The notes under the pieces: model-generated | Told to the model about the DNA's origin: nothing | Databases searched by the model: none | What the model saw: the letters and a program-made list of their open reading frames with translations, nothing else | Assembly (NCBI GenBank): GCA_963733195.1 | Contig: CAVTCR010000025.1 | Location: 1 to 59,231, forward strand | Source: an uncultured delta proteobacterium | GTDB lineage: Bacteria; Desulfobacterota; Binatia; Bin18 | DNA: 59,231 nucleotides | Direction of reading: 5' to 3' | Part shown: piece after piece, positions 31,441 to 42,916 of the stretch | Layout of the letters: the number at the start of each line of letters is the position of its first letter | Numbering within the stretch: position 1 is the first letter of the stretch | Made by a program: the position numbers and the translations under genes

Positions 31441-32724
31441 GCGGCCCCTCCGCGTCCAGGACCGGTCATTTTCCTCGACTTGGCCATCGTCCAGGCCGCC
31501 GTCCATGACGCCGTCCAAGCCTTCGAAGGACGCTTCGAACCCTATCATGTGGACATCCCTAATGCCTCCGGCTCACCCAGGCGCGCGGCCGCCACCGCTG
31601 CCCACGATGTGCTCGTCAACATTTTACCGAGCCAAGTCGACACGCTCGACACCACGTACCGTGACTACTTGGCCACCCAGGGCTTGGCGGAGGATGATCC
31701 CTGGAGTGGCAGTCGGTGAAGCCGCCGCTGCCGGTATCCTCGCCTTGCGGGCCAATGACGGGCGTGTCCCGAATCCCCTCCCACCTCCCTTCACCGGCGG
31801 GACTGAGCCCGGCGTCTGGCGCCCGACGCCATCCAACCCACCCACTGGCCCACCTCCCTCTAATGCTCCCATGGTGACTCCGTGGCTAGGCGCGGTCCTA
31901 CCCTTCACCCTGAAGGGTGGAGACCAGTTCTTCGCCAAACCCCCACCGCGGCTGCACAGTAAACGGTACGCCAAGGATTATAATGAAGTGAAGGCCGTAG
32001 GTGTCCGCGTCAACAGCACTCGCACCCCGGAGCAAGACGCACCTCGCCTATTTCTATGCGGGCAATAACTTCATCCTCTGGAACCGAATCCTCCGGGATG
32101 TTGCTGCCGCAAACACGAAGAATATTGGTGACAATGCACGATTGTTGGCCCTCGGCACTTTGGCGATCGCCGATTCCTTCATCGTCGCGTGGGCCAATAA
32201 AATTCACTACGTCTTCTGGCGACCGATCACAGCGATCCAAGAGGGGGAGAACGATGGTAACGCGCGGACGACTGGCGACCCGACCTGGGAACCACTGCTC
32301 AATACGCCCAACTATCCCGACTACACTTCGGGTGCCAATAACGCGGTGGGAGCATTGACCCGCACGCTGGAGCTCTTCTTCAGGACAGACCACATTACCT
32401 TCACGGCCGTCAGCCAGCACCCGCTGGCTGACCCGAACACGCTGACCTATACCCGCTTCTCGGATTTATCCTGGGATACGGTCGATGTCCGTATCTATCA
32501 GGGCATTCACTTCCGTTTCGCCGATGAAAAGGCGCGGAAGCAAGGCAGGCATGTGGCCAAATGGGCCTTCAAACATTTCTTGCGGCCAGTCAACAAATAG
32601 TGAGGACTCGAACCACAAAAGTCGTCGAAAAGTGAGGGTGAGGAGATCGTGATCTCCCCAACCTTTGCATAAAGAAAAGGACAATCTCTACAACTCATCC
32701 CTAAACCTCCTCCAACCCGAAAAC

Positions 32725-32819
32725 CTGGATTCCCGCTGCCGCGGGAATGACGGAAAATCAGGCCTCAGTACGTCATGCCCGCGTAGCCTGTCCTCGTCCT
32801 ATGAGGAGCGGGCATCCAG
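32725..32819. repeat. REP-like paired hairpins between convergent genes
   Basis: ctggattcccgctgccgcgggaatgacg ... cgtcatgcccgcg...gcgggcatccag. Confidence 0.65.
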
Positions 32820-32847
32820 TGGTGGGTTTTGGGATGGCTTGTAGTGA

Positions 32848-33588
32848 TTATTGCTTCTCTGGTGCTGCTTGCGGTTTTGCCTCGGATTTAAGCGCAGCAA
32901 TCCGCTTGCGAATCGCCTCAACATCTTCTCTATTTGTGACGAGTTCAAGAAATCTCTCATAGGCAGCAATGGCGCCTTGTTTATCACCTTTATTTTCGAG
33001 CGCTTCTCCCAGGTTAATATGCGCCGGTGGATATTTTGGATCGATGCGTGCGGCTTCGCGCCATTCAGCAATCGCACCGTCGAGGTTCCCTTTTTTTACA
33101 AACACGTAACCAAGATTATTCCGCACTGGAGCGGACTTCGGGACAAGCGCAAGGGCCGCTTGATACGCAGCCAACGCCCCATCAAGGTCATTTTGCTCTT
33201 GCAACGCATCGCCCAGATCTGCATATGCGGTACCGTTCTTCGGATCCAGACGGACAGCTTCGCGTAACAAGGGGATCGCTTCGGCCAGTTGTCCCTTGCC
33301 GCGCAACGCGATGCCTAAGTCAAGATGCGCACGTGCAAGACTCGGATCGAGACGAATAGCTTCGCGCCACTGTTCGATAGCTTTGTCATAGTCCTTGTGA
33401 CTGTAGAGTTCTTCTGCCGTCGCCATGGCCGCTCGCGCTTGAATCTTTTTCTCGGCATCATCAGAAACGACCTGGGCAAAGGCGCGAGGATAGTTTCCCT
33501 CAGAAAAGGACAACACCACAAAGGCAAGCCCCCAAAGAGCACAGGACACCAGCACCCTACACGTCTGTAGTCTATATCGATTATCCAT
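32848..33588 (-). CDS. Exported tetratricopeptide repeat protein
   Basis: N-terminal hydrophobic segment; repeated REAIRLDP / AHLDLG / NNLG TPR units. Confidence 0.9.
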   Translation of the reverse strand: MDNRYRLQTCRVLVSCALWGLAFVVLSFSEGNYPRAFAQVVSDDAEKKIQARAAMATAEELYSHKDYDKAIEQWREAIRLDPSLARAHLDLGIALRGKGQLAEAIPLLREAVRLDPKNGTAYADLGDALQEQNDLDGALAAYQAALALVPKSAPVRNNLGYVFVKKGNLDGAIAEWREAARIDPKYPPAHINLGEALENKGDKQGAIAAYERFLELVTNREDVEAIRKRIAALKSEAKPQAAPEKQ

Positions 33589-33608
33589 CCCACTTCACCT
33601 GTTAGCCG

Positions 33609-35158
33609 TTACACGGCTCGTAGCTTATAGCGTTGAATTTTTCCCGTTGCCGTCTTGGGCAGATCAGTGACAAACTCAACCCATCGTGGATATTTGTGAG
33701 GTAGGGTCCGTTCCCGCACAAACGTTTGCAGTTCTTGCGCCAACTCAGGAGATGCCCCTTGCTCCTGTTTCAATACCACAAATGCTTTCGGCTTTATCAG
33801 TCGATTCTCGTCTTCCCACCCAACGACTGCCGCTTCGAGTACAGCAGGGTGCTGAAAAAGAATCCCTTCAACTTCCGCCGGGGACACCCACTGTCCCGAA
33901 ACCTTCAGCATGTCATCCGAACGCCCACAATACCAATACACCCCCTCTGCATCGCAATAGTATTTATCACCAGTCCGAATCCACTCGCCTTGGAGGGCGC
34001 GCCGCGTGGCTTCAAGCTTATGCCAGTAACCGGATGTGACGCTTCCGCCCTTCACCAAGAGATCGCCAATCTCTCCTTGCGGTACTTCGAGCCCACGATC
34101 ATCAGAGATCGCATTTCATACCCTGGAACCGGAATTCCAGAACTGCCGGGTCGTACCTGTCCAGCACGATTCGAAAGGAAGATATGAAGGATCTCAGTAG
34201 AGCCAATGCCATCAAGGATTTCGACACCGAAGCGTTCTCGCCAGCGGAGAAAGAGTTCTCCTGGTAAAGGTTCACCAGCAGAGAGACACAATCGTAGATT
34301 GGAGAAGTCATACTTTTGCTCAGTGTCTTTGACCTGAAGCATCGCCGCATACAGGGTCGGCACACCAAAAAAAAGCGTCGGGCGATAACGATGGATAGCG
34401 GCAAATACACTGTCAGGCGTCGGACGATCTGAGACCAGAACTGCTGTCGCACCCGCGTAGAGGGCAAAATACATCCCTCCTCCGAGGCCATAGGCAAAAA
34501 AGAGCCGTGGTGCGGCAAATGTCACATCATCAGGAGTGATGGTCAACACTTCTCGCCCGTAGGTTTCACAGCAATACAAGAGGTCACGATGGAGATGGAC
34601 GACCCCTTTGGGTGTTCCGGTTGATCCTGAACTATAGAGCCAGAGGGCAGGATCATCACGATGAGTGAATTCTGCTTCCAGTGCTGTCGATTCGTCAGCA
34701 AGAAGGCCGGAAAATGAGAGCGTCTCATGAGACTGACTCCCGACTACAATGCGCTGCCGGAGCCAACGCGATTGCGCTGCTGCCGGTGCCACCGTGGGCC
34801 AAACTTCGGCAGAAGTAATCACCACAGAGGCACGGCTGTCGTCGAGCATGTAGGCATACTCATCAGTTCGCATGAACGTATTGACCGGTACTGGCACAGC
34901 ACCGATTTTTATTGCTCCCCAAAATGCATAGACGAATTCGGGTGAGTCCAGCACCACTAAGAGAATACGTTCTTCTGGTCGCACGCCAAGGCGACGAAGC
35001 GCATTGCCAGCACGATTGACGTTCTCTGCAAGTTGCGCATAGGTGATTTTCTGGTCGCCAGACCACAACGCCACTCGGTCACCACGACCTTCACTAAGGT
35101 GCCGATCGATAAAAGCCGTCGCTGCGTTAAATGACTCTGGAATTTCTGGGATAGGCAC
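33609..35158 (-). CDS. bclA: Benzoate-CoA ligase; frameshift near 34090
   Basis: LYSSGSTGTPKG, DGIGSTEILHIF, TGDKY..GRSDDMLKVSGQWVSP, LPKTATGKIQR; divergent from boxCB. Confidence 0.9.
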
Positions 35159-35199
35159 AAGGTCCTCCTGGATTGATGATGGCAGGCACAGCCTGCCCT

Positions 35200-35325
35200 A
35201 CGAGGTCAGGAAGGGAAAACGGCGAAAAGGGCAATCGGGGAAACGGAGACTGCCTTTTTTCGACTCCTAGACTCTTAGACTCCGAAATTCTTTTTCCCCA
35301 TTTCACTATTAATCCTTTTCCCCCA
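35200..35325. repeat. Short tandem repeat mosaic in bcl-boxC intergenic region
   Basis: gggaaaac/ggcgaaaa runs and gactccta-gactctta-gactcc octamers. Confidence 0.6.
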
Positions 35326-35527
35326 TCCGGAGACGGGTTGCGCCTGCCACGGCGTACTCAAGCAAAAATTCACGTCTTAGTGTGTTTTCTCCATAGGCCT
35401 TTCTTCTTTAGACAAGAGGAGAAAAAATCACAACCATACCTGCTCTCATGCGCCTGGGCTATGCTACTGGCAGAATGTCACTGAGAGGAAATATAGTGCT
35501 TGGCAGCACGTTAACAGGAGAACCCGC

Positions 35528-37214
35528 ATGGGCATTGCAACAGAGGAAGCACGGACAGAGTCAACCACTCCGTTCGTCAACTACCAAACCCAACCGGATC
35601 GCTACCGTCATTGGCGACTCAGTTTTGATGGTCCGATCGCCACGCTGACCATGGATGTGCAAGAAGATGGCGGGCTCCGTCCAGGTTATACATTGAAACT
35701 GAATTCGTATGACTTGGGTGTCGATATTGAGTTACACGACGCTCTCCAACGCATTCGCTTCGAGCATCCAGAAGTGCGGACGGTCGTCCTCACCAGCGCG
35801 CGCGATCGTATCTTCTGTTCCGGTGCCAACATTTTCATGTTAGGACAGTCCTCACATGCCTGGAAAGTCAACTTTTGTAAGTTTACCAATGAAACACGCA
35901 ATGGCATCGAGGATTCGAGCCGATACTCCGGTCTCAAGTTCCTTGCTGCCTGCAATGGAACAACCGCGGGTGGTGGTTACGAGCTCGCCTTAGCGTGTGA
36001 TGAGATTCTTCTCATCGATGACCGCTCATCTGCAGTGAGCCTGCCAGAAGTGCCGATGTTAGGTGTGTTGCCGGGCACCGGCGGTTTGACCCGTCTGATC
36101 GACAAACGCAAAGTACGGCACGACCGAGCCGATATTTTCTGTACCACATCAGAAGGCATTCGCGGTCAACGGGCAAAGGACTGGCGGTTAGTGGATCACC
36201 TTGCTAAACCCGCGCAATTTGCCGAAGCCGTCAAACGTCGAGCGCTTGAGTTGGCAGCTGCTAAGTGATCGTCCAACGGGCGCAAAGGGAGTAGCACTTT
36301 CTCCGCTGTCGCGTGTGATCGACGCAACGGGCATTCACTACGAGTTCGTTGATGTTCAGATCGACCGCAACACACGACGGGCAACCATCACCGCTAGTGC
36401 ACCACATCAATCTCAACCGAACGACCTTGCGAGCATCCTCGAATTGGGGGCACGATGGTGGCCACTGCAGATAGCACGTGAGCTTGATGACGCCCTCCTG
36501 ATGCTCCGCACCAATGAGTTAGATATCGGCACGTGGCTCCTAAAGACACAGGGAAACGCTGATCTGGTCCTCGCCGTCGATGCAACTCTGGCACAACATC
36601 AGCAACATTGGTTTGTCCGCGAAGTGATCGGCATGTTGCGACGCACTTTGGCACGACTCGACGTCTCCTCACGCACGTTGTTCGCTTTGGTCGAGCCGGG
36701 GTCGTGCTTTGCAGGTACATTACTTGAACTCGCGCTTGCCTCTGATCGTATATATATGTTGCAGGCCGAGGAACAAGAAACAGCTCCACGACTACATCTC
36801 TCTCCACTCAACTTTGGCACCTATCCGATGGTGACAGATATCTCGCGCCTAGATCGTCGTTTCAGCCAGGATACCACTGCTCTTGAGCAAATCCGTGCAT
36901 CAATCGGCCGCCCACTAGATGCGGCAGAAGCACTGAACCTGGGGCTGGTGACTGCCGCGCCTGACGAGTTAGATTGGGATGATGAGATTCGTATCGCTCT
37001 GGAGGAACGGGCAAGCCTCTCTCCTGATGCACTGACGGGAATGGAGGCCAATCTCCGGTTTGGTGGAGCAGAGACAATGGAGTCGCGCATTTTCGGTCGC
37101 CTCTCTGCATGGCAGAATTGGATTTTTATTCGCCCGAATGCCATCGGAGAACGAGGAGCGTTGAAAGTGTACGGTACTGGGAACAAGGCGAAGTTTAATT
37201 GGGAAAGAGTCTAG
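35528..37214 (+). CDS. boxC: 2,3-epoxybenzoyl-CoA dihydrolase BoxC; frameshift near 36260
   Basis: YRHWRL, LKLNSYDLGVDIEL, KVNFCKFTNETRN, SPDALTGMEANLRF, GRLSAWQNWIF.RPNA. Confidence 0.95.
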
Positions 37215-37306
37215 AAAAATCTGGGAGTCTAGGAGTCCAGGAGTCTGAGAGTTTAAGAGTCGGAAAACACGTAATACGCTTCACGCACCACGTTTCACGT
37301 TCTCAC
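37205..37306. repeat. Octamer (GAGTCTAG-like) and heptamer (CACGTTT-like) tandem repeats
   Basis: ggagtcta-ggagtcca-ggagtctg; cacgtaa-tacgctt-cacgcac-cacgttt. Confidence 0.65.
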
Positions 37307-37320
37307 AACAGGAGCCAGCC

Positions 37321-38744
37321 ATGAGCATCGATTACAGTGAGAAAATCCCCAACAACGTCAATCTGTCGACTGACAAAACCCTACAACGCGCGCTGGAACG
37401 CTGGCTACCGAATTACCTCAACTGGTGGAACGAGGTCGGCCCAGAAGGTGCACAACAGGATGACGTCTACTTACGCACGGCGGTCAGTGCTGATGCCTCT
37501 GGCTGGGCACATTTCGACTATGTGAAGATGCCCGACTATCGCTGGGGTATTTTTCTATCGCCACAGGAGGAAGGTCGTACAATCAATTTTGGTGAACACA
37601 AAGGCGAACCAGCCTGGCAGGACGTCCCAGGTGAACACCGCGCAACCTTGCGTCGCATAATTGTCACGCAAGGTGATACAGAGCCAGCTTCCGTTGAGCA
37701 GCAGCGCTACCTCGGCCTGACTGCTCCATCTCTCTATGACCTGCGGAACCTCTTTCAGGTCAACGTTGAGGAAGGTCGTCACCTGTGGGCGATGGTCTAT
37801 TTACTCCACCGTTACTTTGGTCGTGACGGCCGTGAAGAAGCAGAAGCATTACTCGAACGCCGCTCGGGGGACGCCGATAATCCTCGTATTCTGGGTGCAT
37901 TTAACGAGAAAACGCCGGATTGGCTAGCGTTCTACATGTTTACCTACTTCACCGATCGTGACGGTAAGTTCCAACTCTGCGCTTTGGCGGAATCAGGATT
38001 TGACCCGCTCGCACGAACCACACAGTTCATGTTAACTGAGGAAGCACACCACATGTTCGTAGGTGAGTCTGGAGTGGCGCGCGTGGTTCAGCGCACAGCG
38101 GAAGTTATGCGTGAGCACAACATTGACGCTCCTGATAAGCTGCGGGCTCTTGGCGTGATTGATCTGGAAACCCTGCAACGCTACCTCAATTTTCATTACA
38201 GCGTTACGCTCGATCTTTTTGGCGCTGATCAATCTTCCAATGCCGCCACCTTCTATAGTACCGGGATTAAGGGGCGCTATGACGAGACCAAGATCAGCGA
38301 TGACCATCTCCTCAAAGATGCCACCTATCCGATTCTCGATGTCGTCGACGGGAAATTAATCGAGAAGCAGGTCCCAGCACTTGTGTCGCTCAATGAACGA
38401 CTACGCGACGATTTCATTAAAGACTCGATTCGCGGTGTCAGCCGCTGGAACAAAGTGTTAGAAAGAAATGGGATTCCCTTCCGCCTCCAAGTTCCTCATA
38501 AGGCATTCAATCGCAGAATTGGTAGTTTTTCCGCGTTGCGTCTTCGCCTGATGGGCGGGTCGTTTCTGATGCCGAATGGAACACCAACGTCGGCAACTGG
38601 CTGCCCACGCTTGAAGACCGTGCGTTCGTCACGTCGTTGATGGGACGCGTGGTTGAACCCGGCAAGTTTGCCAATTGGATTGCCCCACCCGCAAACGGTA
38701 TCAAAGGCAAGCCGGTTGATTTTGAGTATGTGCGGTTTAACTGA
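37321..38744 (+). CDS. boxB: Benzoyl-CoA 2,3-epoxidase subunit BoxB; frameshift near 38545
   Basis: IPNNVNL, QGDTEPASVEQQ, VEEGRHLWAM, LTEEAHHMFVG diiron motifs; ends ...WIAPP..DFEYVRFN*. Confidence 0.95.
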
Positions 38745-38771
38745 TAAGGGTTCCGCCACATTGATTTTGAT

Positions 38772-39020
38772 GAGATTGCTTCGCTCTGCTCGCAATGACA
38801 GCCCTTCTTAGGCATTACGAGACGCCGAGAGCGCGGGGCACTCAACGTGGCAGCGGAAATAAGCGGAGCAATCCTGTCCGTCATTCCGGCGAAAGCCGGA
38901 ATCCAGGGGTGGAGAACTGGATTCCGGGTCGCGGCCTGCGGCCTTGCGAATGTTCATGCACCTGGGGTACACCCTAGACCATGAAAACAAACCGGCCGAC
39001 CCTTTTCGGGGAATGACGGG
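38772..39020. repeat. Cluster of REP-like palindromes
   Basis: gagattgcttcgc..cgcaatgac; ccgtcattccggcgaaagccggaatccag; ctggattccgg; ggaatgacgg. Confidence 0.65.
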
Positions 39021-39373
39021 CTGCCACGAGTGTCGGGCACGAGTCGAAGATTTTGTTTCTAAGCAGGAGCAGAGTGACGAAGTAATCTTTGTCTATCAAA
39101 ATTTCTGCGATGAACTACTAAGGTCCATGGCAGTTGAGTCGCAGAGGGAAGTCTCAAACCTGATCCTACCCGACTTCCCATCCTCACTTCCTGTTTCTTC
39201 GCTCCTCTCTTCTCACTGTTACACGGCCCCCTATACGGTCTGGCGTCATTGCTCACCGCCTGCAAAAAATTTGCGACCTGATCTCTTGACCTCGGATAAA
39301 TCGATCTTACATTTCTTCAGAAACAATGAGCGCCGGCGCCGGCAGTAATAGAAAAATTTTAGGAGGTCATCAC

Positions 39374-39829
39374 ATGGCACTTATTCGTTTCTCTCCACGT
39401 TTTAGCCCTATCGACGCGTTGCTCAGTTTACAGCGCGAACTTGACCGAACATTTGAAAGCCCAACGCAGGGATTTCGATCTTGGTGTGTCTGGGCGAGGG
39501 AGTGTTCCCACCGACGAATGTCTTCTGCTGATAAAGATGGTTATATCGTCCGCATGGAGGTACCGGGAGTTGTGCCCGAGGCATCGACATAGAGGGTCAG
39601 GGTCGGACGTTAACCATTAGCGGCAAACGTGAAACTCTCAGCTCCTGAAGGAGCCAGCTTCCATCGTCACGAACGCAGCGGCGGCGAGTTTTCACGTTCC
39701 CTACAACTCGCAGAGGAGCTTGACCTGACGAAGGCAGAAGCCACATGCAAGCACGGAATGCTCACCGTTCGCATTCCTAAAAAGGAAGAAGCCAAGCCTC
39801 GACAGATTGAAATCAAGGCGCGTAACTAG
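39374..39829 (+). CDS. Hsp20/alpha-crystallin protein; frameshifted
   Basis: AGGAGG RBS; LQRELDRTF, DGYIVRMEVPG, ERSGGEFSRSLQL, HGMLTVRIPKKEEAKPRQI. Confidence 0.88.
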
Positions 39830-39861
39830 CGAACAGTACAGAAGCAGGAGGTACCCAGACT

Positions 39862-40263
39862 ATGGCAGACAAAGAACTACAACCCACAAAAAGCAAGAAA
39901 TGACCGGCAACGAACTTACCCGTCCAGGGCGGACGTACGTCCCAGATGTCGACATTTACGAAACTCCCGACAGCCTGTGGTTGCGGGCGGATATGCCGGG
40001 AGTTGATGAGCAATTCGATATGAGATCAACGTGAACGATGGGAGTGTTGTCGATCGAGGGACAGGTAGACAATTAAGGACTACGAGAACTTGGCTCCTGT
40101 CTATACGGAATACAATATTGGCAATTATGCCCGTCGGTTCACGCTCGCTAACACGATTGAGGCTGAGCGCATCAGTGCGCGGATGAAAAACGGCGTACTC
40201 GAACTCGAACTGCCGAAAGCCGAGAAAGCGAAACCGCGCCGGATCGCTATCTCAGCCAATTAG
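39862..40263 (+). CDS. Hsp20/alpha-crystallin protein; frameshifted
   Basis: AGGAGG RBS; YVPDVDIYET..ADMPGV; EYNIGNYARRFTL..NGVLELELPKAEKAKPRRI. Confidence 0.88.
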
Positions 40264-40268
40264 CTCCT

Positions 40269-40300
40269 AAGGGGCGTCTTACGCGAGACGTCCCTTTTCT
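40269..40300 (+). terminator. Rho-independent terminator after hsp20 pair
   Basis: aaggggcgtct-tacgcg-agacgtccctttt. Confidence 0.7.
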
Positions 40301-40396
40301 TCCTGCCTTTTCCTTATTTCCTCTTGACACGATTCCTCTCTATTCTCCCTCTGTGGTACAGTGCCTCGCACTTCTTTGGAAATTGCTAGGGGTACT

Positions 40397-41821
40397 ATGA
40401 CTCATATCGGTCCAAGCCCACAAGAACTCCGCCAGGCCTTTCACGAGGCAAGCGATTGGGTTGCTTCGTATCTTGAGCACGTTGGCGAGTTGCCGGTCTT
40501 GTCTCGTGTTACCCCAGGAGAGATTGCCGCAGGACTTCCCCAGTCGGCACCGCTGCAAGGTGAGCCGCTTGAGACTATTCTCCAAGATATTGATCGATTG
40601 ATCCTGCCCGGCATTACTCATTGGAATCATCCAGCGTTCTTCGCCTACTTCGGCATTAGTGGGTCAGGTCCAGGTATTGTCGGCGAACTGATCGCCGCAG
40701 CACTCAACGTCAACGCGATGCTGTGGCGGACGTCACCAGCAGCAACAGAGCTGGAGCAACGTACGCTGCGGTGGGTCACTGAAATGCTGGGACTACCAAC
40801 AACGTGGTTCGGCGAAATTACGGACACTGCCTCGGCTTCGACACTTTATGCACTGGCTGCGGCTCGTGAAGCCGCGAATCTCGATATTCGTGAACGCGGC
40901 ATGGCTGGACGCAAAGATCTCCCTCCCCTTGCGATCTATTGCTCAACCCAGACTCACAGTTCGATTGACAAGGGGGCGATTGCCTTGGGCTTCGGACGAC
41001 AAGGGATTCGCCACATTGAAACCGACGCCGAGTTCCGCATGCGTCCCGACCTTCTCGAAAAAACGATACAAGCAGACATTACGGCTGGGGTGAAGCCGAT
41101 TGCCGTCGTTGCGACAGTCGGAACGACTTCGTCTACTAGTATAGATCCTGTTCCTCCGATCGCCGACATCTGCCAACGATATGGGTTATGGTTGCACGTC
41201 GATGCTGCGTATGGTGGCGCGGCTGCAGTCGTTCCTTCACATCGATATGTTCTCGCTGGCTGTGAACGAGCAGATTCGTTTGTGGTCAATCCACACAAGT
41301 GGTTACTCACACCTATTGACTGTAGCCTGTTGTACACGCCTCGTCCCGATGATCTCAAACGCGCGTTTTCTCTGGTCGCCGAATATCTACGTACAGATGA
41401 ACCTGACGTCATCAACCTCATGGACTACGGATTGTCACTTGGACGGCGATTTCGCTCGTTAAAACTGTGGATGGTGATTCGTGCATATGGTCAAGAAGGA
41501 TTGGCGCAGATTATCGCCGGGCACATGAAGGAAGCGCAATGGTTCGCATCACAGATTGACACGACCCACGGATGGGAACGGCTCGCTCCGGTTCCATTCT
41601 CCACTGTCTGCTTCCGTCATCTTCCTTCGGGGAAGACGGATCTTGAGGTCCACAACGCAGCAATCATTGATGCCGTCAACGCCAGCGGTAAGGCGTTTCT
41701 CTCGCACACGAAGTTGAACGGACAGTACGCAATTCGTGTCGCGATTGGCAATATCGCGACCACTCATGATCACGTAACTCAGCTGTGGGAGTTATTGCAA
41801 CAGGCGGCAGCACAAGCGTAA
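40397..41821 (+). CDS. PLP-dependent aromatic-L-amino-acid decarboxylase family protein
   Basis: PGITHWNHP.FFAYF, SPAATELE, WLHVDAAYGG, NPHKW, GRRFRSLKLW. Confidence 0.95.
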   Translation: MTHIGPSPQELRQAFHEASDWVASYLEHVGELPVLSRVTPGEIAAGLPQSAPLQGEPLETILQDIDRLILPGITHWNHPAFFAYFGISGSGPGIVGELIAAALNVNAMLWRTSPAATELEQRTLRWVTEMLGLPTTWFGEITDTASASTLYALAAAREAANLDIRERGMAGRKDLPPLAIYCSTQTHSSIDKGAIALGFGRQGIRHIETDAEFRMRPDLLEKTIQADITAGVKPIAVVATVGTTSSTSIDPVPPIADICQRYGLWLHVDAAYGGAAAVVPSHRYVLAGCERADSFVVNPHKWLLTPIDCSLLYTPRPDDLKRAFSLVAEYLRTDEPDVINLMDYGLSLGRRFRSLKLWMVIRAYGQEGLAQIIAGHMKEAQWFASQIDTTHGWERLAPVPFSTVCFRHLPSGKTDLEVHNAAIIDAVNASGKAFLSHTKLNGQYAIRVAIGNIATTHDHVTQLWELLQQAAAQA

Positions 41822-41890
41822 TGCCGCTGAAGATCATCCTCAGCTCGCATTACGCTTTTTGTATTACGTAAAACGTAATACGTGTTTTTC

Positions 41891-42889
41891 TTAATCCCTC
41901 TCCAGCCACACGTCTGGCGTCGGATCGACACCATGCCGGGCGAAACTATCATTAATGGCTTTCATATCAGCTTCGCTGATTGACCAACCCAACGCCCCTA
42001 TATTGTCATTGACCTCGTTTACATTACGGCAACCAACTAACGCGGTACTGACAACCGGATTAGTGAGCGTCCATCGCAAAGCGAACTGCGGTAAACTTTT
42101 ATGGTACTTTGCGGCGAGTTCTTTGAGATCCTCTACGACTTTGAGGTTTTTGGGAAAATATTCTGGTCCGAACAAATGCTGAAAGAGATTGATCGCACCC
42201 ATGCGACCACGACGTGCGCGCCAATCATCGCCGCCAAAGTCAGTGCTTTCGTTAAACGCCCCAGTCAGCAGACCGTACGCCAGTGACCCATAAGCCATGA
42301 CACCAATGTTCTGTTCTTCGCAATAAGGAAAAATTTCCTTCTGCATCCGTTGGTCAAAGATATTCCAGCAATACTGCGCGACATCGACACGGCGAGTGGC
42401 CATGCTGGTCTTGATTTGCGCAAGCCGAAAGTTCGAGATTCCTACCGCACGCGCTTTCCCTTGCTTCACGATGTCGTCAAGCGCACGCATCGTTTCCTCC
42501 AAAGGAGTATTTACATCCGGCCAGTGGACCATATACACGTCGACGTAATCAGTGTTGAGGTTTTGCAGACTTTTCTCGATTGAGGCCATCGCACGCTGGC
42601 GGCCACTATCGCGAAAATTGGGCGCCTCTTTGTAACCAATACCAAACTTGGTTACGATAACCGCGTCTTTACGACGAGCGCCGAGTGCTTTCGCCAACGA
42701 TCGCTCTGAAGCACCAAACCCATACGCTTCCGCAGTATCAAAACAGTTTACTCCGAGGTCGAGCGCACGATGGACCGCGTGAATGAACTGTTCTTCTTCG
42801 ATTGATCCATAACCACCACCAATCTCCCAGCAACCAAAGCCAATAGCAGATACCTGAATTCCAGTTTTTCCGAATGATCGATATTCCAT
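41891..42889 (-). CDS. Aldo/keto reductase
   Basis: GFGCW, FDTAEAYG, TKFG, DYVDVYMVHWPD, IGISNF. Confidence 0.95.
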   Translation of the reverse strand: MEYRSFGKTGIQVSAIGFGCWEIGGGYGSIEEEQFIHAVHRALDLGVNCFDTAEAYGFGASERSLAKALGARRKDAVIVTKFGIGYKEAPNFRDSGRQRAMASIEKSLQNLNTDYVDVYMVHWPDVNTPLEETMRALDDIVKQGKARAVGISNFRLAQIKTSMATRRVDVAQYCWNIFDQRMQKEIFPYCEEQNIGVMAYGSLAYGLLTGAFNESTDFGGDDWRARRGRMGAINLFQHLFGPEYFPKNLKVVEDLKELAAKYHKSLPQFALRWTLTNPVVSTALVGCRNVNEVNDNIGALGWSISEADMKAINDSFARHGVDPTPDVWLERD

Positions 42890-42916
42890 ATCGATATGCT
42901 CCTCATACAATCGAAT

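Larger units (their letters stand above)
29588..32600 (+). pseudogene. Secreted vanadium-dependent haloperoxidase / PAP2-like gene interrupted by an IS
   Basis: Signal peptide + DAVTDWN at 29588-29749, resumes at 31441 (..PRPGPVIFLDLAIVQAAVHDAV); KIHYVFWRP, PDYTSGA, RIYQGIHF motifs. Confidence 0.85.

Noticed and set aside
39281-39315. HAIR or CIRCE heat-shock operator before the hsp20 pair
   Set aside because: Only a CTTGAC half-site; inverted partner too weak to call
38944-39348. 134-aa ORF upstream of hsp20
   Set aside because: Runs through REP-like DNA and the probable promoter; no protein features
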